Of a stretch of 64,000 bases of DNA, positions 57,852 to 64,000 are shown in pieces. Under the pieces are notes generated by a model. It had not been told where the DNA came from. It ran no database searches and was given only the letters and a program-made list of their open reading frames with translations. Both the position numbers and the translations under genes were made by a program. How positions within the stretch are numbered: the stretch's first letter is position 1; every line of letters begins with the position of its first letter. This DNA comes from Longimicrobiales bacterium (GTDB lineage Bacteria > Gemmatimonadota > Gemmatimonadetes > Longimicrobiales > Gaopeijiaceae), in NCBI GenBank assembly GCA_041690395.1, contig JAWLHJ010000001.1:64001-128000 (forward strand), read 5' to 3'.

Positions 57852-60800
57852 ATGCGGCCGCGGCCCACCCTCCTCGTCCTCGCGATTCTCGCCACCGTCC
57901 CGGCTGGGCTGTGGGCTCAGGACACGAGTGTCCCGCTCGATCCGGGCCGGCCGCTCACGGACTTCACCGTCGACGTCTGGACGGAGGACGACGGGCTCCC
58001 CCAGAACATGGCGTCGGCCATAGCCCAGACACCGGACGGCTTCCTGTGGCTGGGGATGGAGGAGGGGCTCGTGCGGTTCGACGGCTTCGACTTTCGGGTC
58101 TTCCGGCCCGAGAACGCCCCCGCCTTCACGACGCCCTGGGTCACCTCGCTCTGGCCCGACCCCGACGGGACCCTATGGATCGGCACCGCCGGCGGAGGAC
58201 TCGTACGCCTTCGGGAGGGTGCCTTCACGGCGTTTACGACCGACGACGGGCTCCCGCACGCGAACGTGCGGGGCCTGCATCGCGACACGCGGGGCACGCT
58301 CTGGATCGGAACCGAAGGCGGAGGCCTCGCCGCCTGGGACCCGGACGGAACACGCCGGCGCTTCACCACCGCCGACGGGCTGGCGAGCGACTTCGTGCTG
58401 TCGGTGGGTGAGTCCGAAGACGGCGCCGTCTGGGTCGGCACCGTGGACGGGCTCACGAGAATCCGGGACGGATCACTCGAGACGTTCCGGCGATCCGACG
58501 GGCTCCCGGGAAGCCGTGTCAACGCCGTGCTCGGATCGGCCGACGGGTCGGTATGGCTCGGCACCACCGATGGAGGCCTCTCCCGACATGTGGACGGTCG
58601 CTTCGTGGCGTGGGCCACGGAGCAGGGGCTCTCGAGCAATTCCGTCACCTCGCTCTACGAGGACGCCGCCGGCACGATCTGGGTCGGGACCAACGGCGGC
58701 GGCTTGAACCGGATCGTCGACGGAGAGGTCACCTCGATCACCACGGCGCGCGGACTTCCGGGGAACCTTATCCTCTCGCTGGCCGGAGACCGGGAGGGCG
58801 GGCTCTGGCTCGGGATGACCGGCGCGGGGCTCGGCCGCATGCGCGAGGGCGTCGTGCGCGTGCTCGGACAGCCGGAAGGGCTGTCCGCCGACATCGCGCT
58901 GGCCATGCACGAAACCGGCGACGGAGAGCTCTGGATCGGCACCGCCGGCGGGGGTGTGAATCACGTCGGCCAGGACGGCATCCGGGCGTACACGACCGCG
59001 GAAGGTCTCGCCCACAACGTCGTCATCTCACTGGGAGGCGGCGGTCCGAACGGCGAGGTGTGGGTCGGAACGCCTTCGGGGGTGAGCCGCATTCGCGATG
59101 GCCGCGTGACGACGCTCGACGAGGACGACGGGCTCTTGAGCGCCCAGGCGACGGCCATCGTCGTCGAGCCCGGCGGAGCCGTCTGGCTCGGCATGCCGGG
59201 CCGGGGCCTCCAACGCTGGGACGCCGGTCCCGAGGCCGTATGGAACACGGACAACGGGTTGCCGAGCGACTTCGTGACGTCCCTCCGTCTGAGCCCCTCC
59301 GGAGCACTGTGGATCGGCACACGAGACGGCCTCGCGCGGCTTCGGGACGACGAGATCACGACAGTGGACCTCGGCACACCGGGGGCGCCGTCGAACGCGG
59401 TCAACGGGATCTCCGAGTCCGCCTCCGGAACGCTCTGGGTCGCGAGCAACGGAGGCCTCGGCCGGCTACGCCCCGACGGCACTACGACGCGTTACGGCCC
59501 GGAACAAGGGCCCTTCGAGGGCCAGATCCATGCGGCGATCGAGGACTCGCTCGGCTTCCTCTGGGTCTCGTCGAACGACGGGATCCACCGGATCAGCGTG
59601 GGAGATCTCGACGCCATCGACCGTGGGGCGATCGAGGGTGTGCGGTCACGAGCGTTCACGCGCGCCGACGGGCTCCGATCCGCCGAGGCGAACGGCGGTG
59701 TCGATCCGGCGGGACTCCTCCGGGCCGACGGCAGCGTCTGGTTCCCGACCATGCGGGGCGCCGCTCGCCTGGAGCCCCTCGTCTCGGTACCCGAGCGCAC
59801 TCCCCCGACACCCGTAATCGAGTACGTCGTCGTGAACGACGTGCCCCACCCACCGCTTGACGACGTCGTTCTCGGGCCGCATGCCCGCACGCTCGAGTTC
59901 CACTTCACCGCCCCGACCTTCGTCGCCCCGGACGAAGTGAACTTCCGGTATCGCCTGGAAGGCTTCGACGACGACTGGGTGGAGTCGGGAGCGCGGCGCG
60001 AAGCCTATTACACCGCCCTCCCACCCGGGTCGTACGCCTTTCGGACCGCCGCGCGCCGAGGAGCCGGGCCATGGAACGAGGTCGAGGCGAGTCAGCCGTT
60101 CACGCTGGAGCCGTATTTCCACGAGACGTTGTGGTTCCGCTCGCTGATCGCACTCGGAATCCTCGCCCTCGCCTGGGGAGCCTACCGGCTACGCGTCCGG
60201 CGACTGGAAGCCCGGCAGCGTGAGCTCCTCGCGCTCACGACCGAACAGAGGCGCACGGAACGCGCGCTCCGCGAGAGCCGCGAGCGCCTGCAGCTGGCGC
60301 TCGACTCCGGGCGCATGGGCACCTGGGAGTGGGACGTGTCGACGGGCCGGATCGCGCTGGACCCGGCCACCGAGCAAATGCTCGGCGTGAACGCCCGCCA
60401 TATCGACGATGCCCTCCTTCAGATCCGCGATCGCGTGTCCCCGGACGACCACGCGAGGTTGGCCGAGCTCCCGAAGCGCGTCGGCAGCGGAGAGTCGAGC
60501 GTGCACCTCGACTTCTCGGTACACGGCACGGACGGCGGGCCCCGCCACGTGGAGCTCCGCGGGCAGACGTTCCTCGACGAGCACGGTCGCCCTCAGCACG
60601 TCATGGGCGTCGTCGCGGACATCAGCGAGCTCATGGACACGCAGAGCGCGCTCCGCCTCCGCGAGGAGGAGCTGCGGCATGCCCAGAAGATGGAGGCGGT
60701 CGGCCGGCTCGCCGGCGGGGTCGCCCACGACTTCAACAACCTCCTCACCACCATCCTCGGGCGGACACAGTTCCTGAAAGAGTCCGTCGAGGAGGCCGAG

Positions 60801-61850
60801 GCGCGCGAGGATCTCGAGGAGATCCAGAAGTCCGCGGAGCGCGCCGCGAATCTCACGCAACAGCTCCTTACATTCAGCCGCAAGCAGGTGCTGCAACCTC
60901 GGAGGGTCGACCTCGACGAGCTCGTCGGCGATCTCGAGCGCATGCTCAGGCGCCTTCTTCGAGAAGACGTGATTCTGGAGACGCGCCTCGCTCCGAACCT
61001 TCCCGCGATCCACGCGGACCCGGGCAGCATCGAGCAGGTGCTCGTGAACCTGGTGGTCAACGCACAGGACGCGATGCCGCAGGGTGGTCGACTCTGCATC
61101 GAGACGTCCTTCGGGTCGGCCGACTTGGCTGCTCCGGAGATCGCCGACGGTCCCTTCGTCGTCCTGACCGTGTCGGACACCGGTGAGGGCATGACCGAAG
61201 AGACGCTGAAGCACGCGTTCGATCCGTTCTTCACGACCAAGCCGATCGGCAAGGGGACGGGGCTCGGCCTCGCCACCGTTTACGGCATCGTGCAGCAGTG
61301 TGGGGGTGAGGTCCGAGTCGATACCGCGGTCGGTGAGGGAAGCACGTTCCGGATCTACCTCCCGGCCTCCGACGTCCCGGCCGCTGGTCACACCGGGCGC
61401 GAGCTCGCGGAGAGCCCCGAGCAGGGCCTCGATGTCGACGATCGGCACCGGCCGGACGACGCCGGCGGCGCGACGGAGCGGGCGGGACGCATCCTACTCG
61501 TTGAAGACGACGACTCGGTCCGCCCGCTGATGCAGAAAGTGCTCACCCGGCACGGCTACGAGGTCGTCCACGCGGCGTCGGGCCACGAGGCCCTCGAGAT
61601 ATGCCGTCGAGAAGGCGACACATTCGACCTGTTGCTGTCCGACGTCGTCATGCCGGGCATGAACGGTCGTGAGCTCGCCGAAGCCGTCCGCACGATCCGA
61701 CCCGACGTCGCGGTCCTGCTCGTCTCCGGGCATCACGAAGACGAAGTCCTGAAGCGTGGCATCGACGAGTACGAGACCGCGTTCCTGCGCAAGCCGTTCG
61801 ACGCGCCCAGGCTCATCGAGACGGTCGACGAGCTGCTGGCGGGTCGCTGA
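57852..61850 (+). CDS. Hybrid sensor kinase: periplasmic beta-propeller + Y_Y_Y, TM, PAS, HisKA, HATPase, REC
   Basis: Repeated GL...V.....DG.LWIGT blades, FRYRLEG..YTALPPGSY, AHDFNNLL, GTGLGL, DVVMPGMNG. Confidence 0.95.
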   Translation: MRPRPTLLVLAILATVPAGLWAQDTSVPLDPGRPLTDFTVDVWTEDDGLPQNMASAIAQTPDGFLWLGMEEGLVRFDGFDFRVFRPENAPAFTTPWVTSLWPDPDGTLWIGTAGGGLVRLREGAFTAFTTDDGLPHANVRGLHRDTRGTLWIGTEGGGLAAWDPDGTRRRFTTADGLASDFVLSVGESEDGAVWVGTVDGLTRIRDGSLETFRRSDGLPGSRVNAVLGSADGSVWLGTTDGGLSRHVDGRFVAWATEQGLSSNSVTSLYEDAAGTIWVGTNGGGLNRIVDGEVTSITTARGLPGNLILSLAGDREGGLWLGMTGAGLGRMREGVVRVLGQPEGLSADIALAMHETGDGELWIGTAGGGVNHVGQDGIRAYTTAEGLAHNVVISLGGGGPNGEVWVGTPSGVSRIRDGRVTTLDEDDGLLSAQATAIVVEPGGAVWLGMPGRGLQRWDAGPEAVWNTDNGLPSDFVTSLRLSPSGALWIGTRDGLARLRDDEITTVDLGTPGAPSNAVNGISESASGTLWVASNGGLGRLRPDGTTTRYGPEQGPFEGQIHAAIEDSLGFLWVSSNDGIHRISVGDLDAIDRGAIEGVRSRAFTRADGLRSAEANGGVDPAGLLRADGSVWFPTMRGAARLEPLVSVPERTPPTPVIEYVVVNDVPHPPLDDVVLGPHARTLEFHFTAPTFVAPDEVNFRYRLEGFDDDWVESGARREAYYTALPPGSYAFRTAARRGAGPWNEVEASQPFTLEPYFHETLWFRSLIALGILALAWGAYRLRVRRLEARQRELLALTTEQRRTERALRESRERLQLALDSGRMGTWEWDVSTGRIALDPATEQMLGVNARHIDDALLQIRDRVSPDDHARLAELPKRVGSGESSVHLDFSVHGTDGGPRHVELRGQTFLDEHGRPQHVMGVVADISELMDTQSALRLREEELRHAQKMEAVGRLAGGVAHDFNNLLTTILGRTQFLKESVEEAEAREDLEEIQKSAERAANLTQQLLTFSRKQVLQPRRVDLDELVGDLERMLRRLLREDVILETRLAPNLPAIHADPGSIEQVLVNLVVNAQDAMPQGGRLCIETSFGSADLAAPEIADGPFVVLTVSDTGEGMTEETLKHAFDPFFTTKPIGKGTGLGLATVYGIVQQCGGEVRVDTAVGEGSTFRIYLPASDVPAAGHTGRELAESPEQGLDVDDRHRPDDAGGATERAGRILLVEDDDSVRPLMQKVLTRHGYEVVHAASGHEALEICRREGDTFDLLLSDVVMPGMNGRELAEAVRTIRPDVAVLLVSGHHEDEVLKRGIDEYETAFLRKPFDAPRLIETVDELLAGR

Positions 61851-61957
61851 AGGTCGCCCCGGCGATCCGTCCAGTCTGGACGCCGCCCGCCTTGCGGCCC
61901 ATGCTCAGGGGACGCACCGCCGAACCACGAACCCGATCGCAGCTTCCGGAGGTCCCC

Positions 61958-63217
61958 GTGCCACGCCCGACCCTACCGCTCGCCCCACTCGGTGCAATGC
62001 TCGCGCTGAGCGTGCTCGGCACCGCGCCGCTCGCCGCCCAGGACCTGGTGCTCCGCAACGCCAACGTCGTCGACGTCACCGACGGATCGATTCGCGCGGC
62101 CGCCACGGTCGTGGTCACGGACGGGAGGATCACCTCGGTCGGGGACGCCGACTCGGAAGCGCCGGCCGGCGTGACCGTCGTCGACGTCGGCGGCATGTAC
62201 TTGGCACCGGGCCTCATGGACGCCCATGTGCACGTAGGCTCGGAGGACCAGGCCCGCCGCGCGCTCCTCAGCGGCGTGACGACGTTCCGGAGCATGGGCG
62301 CCGACCACTACGCGGACGTGGGCATCCGCGAGCTCCAGCGGGAAGGGTGGCTCGACGCTCCCGAGATGCTGGCCGCGGGCTACCACGTGCGTCCGGACCC
62401 CGCCGAGGCGTTCTTCCAGGACCACCCGGAGTTGGGCTCCTACTACGACACGCCGGTTGCCGACGTCGAGGCCGTGCGGGCCATGACCCGGGCGCTGGTG
62501 TCCCGCGGCGTCGACTTCGTGAAGACGAACGCCACCGAGCGGGCGGGGCTGCCGAACACCGATCCCCGGAAGCAGCTCTACGGCGAAACGGAGATCCGCG
62601 CGATGGTCGAGGAAGCGGAACGGGGCGGAGCGCTCGGAGTGGCGGCTCACGCGCACGGCGACGCCGGAGGCCGAGCGGCCGTGGCGGCGGGCGTCCGGAG
62701 CATCGAGCACGGCACGTACCTGAGCGAAGGGACGCTGACCCTGATGCGCGACCGCGGAACCTATCTGGTCCCGACCATCGCTATCGTGCGTGACCTGACC
62801 CTGGCCGGCGGAGACTACGACAACGCGATCCTGAACATGCGGGGACGGCACATGCTCCCGCGTGTCCAGGAGATGGCTGGCAACGCTCATCGCATCGGCG
62901 TGAAGATCGTGGCCGCCACGGATACCGGATACGGGCCGAACAGCACGACGACGCTCGCTCACGAGCTGCTCGAGTTGGTGGAGATCGGCATGACGCCGCT
63001 TCAGGCGCTTCAGGCCGCCACGACCACCGCGGCTGAGCTGTTCGGCATGGAAGACCGGGTGGGCCGGGTCGCTCCGGGCATGGAGGCGGACCTCATCGTG
63101 CTCGAGCGCAACCCGCTCGAGGACATCGGAGTCGTCCAGGACGTGCTGATGGTCGTCAGCGACGGGCGGGTGATCGTGCAGCGTGGGGACTGGCCGGGAG
63201 GGCGGCCGGTGTCGTGA
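61958..63217 (+). CDS. Secreted amidohydrolase (Xaa-Pro dipeptidase-like)
   Basis: Signal peptide, PGLMDAHVH, VK, AHAHG, SIEHG, ATD, ADLIVLERNPL. Confidence 0.9.
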   Translation: MPRPTLPLAPLGAMLALSVLGTAPLAAQDLVLRNANVVDVTDGSIRAAATVVVTDGRITSVGDADSEAPAGVTVVDVGGMYLAPGLMDAHVHVGSEDQARRALLSGVTTFRSMGADHYADVGIRELQREGWLDAPEMLAAGYHVRPDPAEAFFQDHPELGSYYDTPVADVEAVRAMTRALVSRGVDFVKTNATERAGLPNTDPRKQLYGETEIRAMVEEAERGGALGVAAHAHGDAGGRAAVAAGVRSIEHGTYLSEGTLTLMRDRGTYLVPTIAIVRDLTLAGGDYDNAILNMRGRHMLPRVQEMAGNAHRIGVKIVAATDTGYGPNSTTTLAHELLELVEIGMTPLQALQAATTTAAELFGMEDRVGRVAPGMEADLIVLERNPLEDIGVVQDVLMVVSDGRVIVQRGDWPGGRPVS

Positions 63218-63224
63218 TGGCCCG

Positions 63225-63938
63225 CTAGAAGCGACGGCCGGCTTCCCTCAACCCGTCTCCGACACGAACCCAGCCGGCGCGTCCGTCGGATGCATCGACG
63301 TGTACCCACCACTCGGTGACTGGCTCACGCGCCTGGCGCACATCATCCGTCGACACCGTGGGGCAAGGATCCGCCTCAACGACCGACCCTTCGACCCGCA
63401 CGAAGCAGGTTCCCTCCGCCCGGTGTTGCAGGAGGGCCAGCGTATCACCCGGGGCGAGCGTCCACTCACCCCGGGTGACATCGGCGGAGTAGTAGGCCTC
63501 GCGAGTGAGCGTGCGGACGGGGCCGAAATTCCTTCCCGTCAGCAGGTGATCCGCGAGCACGACGAGAGCCCCCGGTCGCGCGGTCCGGTAGACGGTCTCG
63601 CCGAACGGGATCTCCTCACCGCGCGTCGAAGCGACGCGCTCGGACGCGCGGCTCGTGTCCGAAGGGAACCACCTGAGGAGGATGACCGTGTCGGACGCCG
63701 CCAACACCGGCCGGCCCTCCCCGGGCCACAGCGCCGTCTGGAACGCCGGCTCCGGACTCTGGAGATCGCCCCGCGGCTCGGCCTCGCTCGGCTCCTCGGC
63801 CCCGGAGTCGGGCGGCGGGTCTCCGCAGCCGAGCGTCCCCAGAAGCAGCCCGGCCATCACACCCGCCGCCGAGAACCTCCAGAGCCATGGAGCGCGCCCC
63901 TCCCCGAGCCGGCGTGTCGCACCACGAAGCATCGTCAC
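63225..63938 (-). CDS. Hypothetical lipoprotein
   Basis: LLLGTLGC lipobox; C-terminal EWWVHV..GRAGWV. Confidence 0.65.
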   Translation of the reverse strand: MTMLRGATRRLGEGRAPWLWRFSAAGVMAGLLLGTLGCGDPPPDSGAEEPSEAEPRGDLQSPEPAFQTALWPGEGRPVLAASDTVILLRWFPSDTSRASERVASTRGEEIPFGETVYRTARPGALVVLADHLLTGRNFGPVRTLTREAYYSADVTRGEWTLAPGDTLALLQHRAEGTCFVRVEGSVVEADPCPTVSTDDVRQAREPVTEWWVHVDASDGRAGWVRVGDGLREAGRRF

Positions 63939-64000
63939 CCGCCCCGCATCGACTGCACGGGATCGACCTGCGATGCCCGTCGGGCCGGCACGTAGCTGGC

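Noticed and set aside
57950..59750. Repeated GACGGGCT / CTCTGGATCGG motifs
   Set aside because: Explained by the beta-propeller blades of the hybrid kinase.

Overview
High-GC bacterial chromosomal window. The gene content (ADOP-type permease, 6-bladed propeller proteins, chlamydial-type FabI) suggests Gemmatimonadota, but this is inference. Three zones are visible. (1) 1-13 kb: a cadC/cadA-type metal-efflux pair, small enzymes, and a sigma-54 module. In that module, two divergent near-consensus -24/-12 promoters point into a three-gene envelope operon (repetitive surface protein, Ig-like lipoprotein, beta-barrel) and into a catalytically degenerate histidine kinase beside an NtrC-type activator. 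(2) ~13.1-32.0 kb: accessory DNA downstream of tRNA-Val(CAC). It is organised as a tandem stack of cargo islets with shared ends: a duplicated 14-bp tRNA 3' core, a duplicated ~172-bp right arm (terminator, CCACA direct repeats, IHF-like box) and three copies of a 30-bp TTCCACACC-N12-GGTGTGGAW left-arm palindrome. No integrase gene was recognised anywhere in the window. Cargo includes a kinase, an orphan permease, an MNT-HEPN pair, TetR/redox genes, propeller proteins and many spliced gene fragments. (3) 32-64 kb: ordinary core-like genes (tRNA-Glu, tRNA-Val, fabI, ligA-polX, ECF sigma/anti-sigma, M28 peptidase, carbonic anhydrase, phoX, lutABC, lipid kinase, hybrid kinase, amidohydrolase). 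All calls come from motif recognition by eye; no database searches were run.
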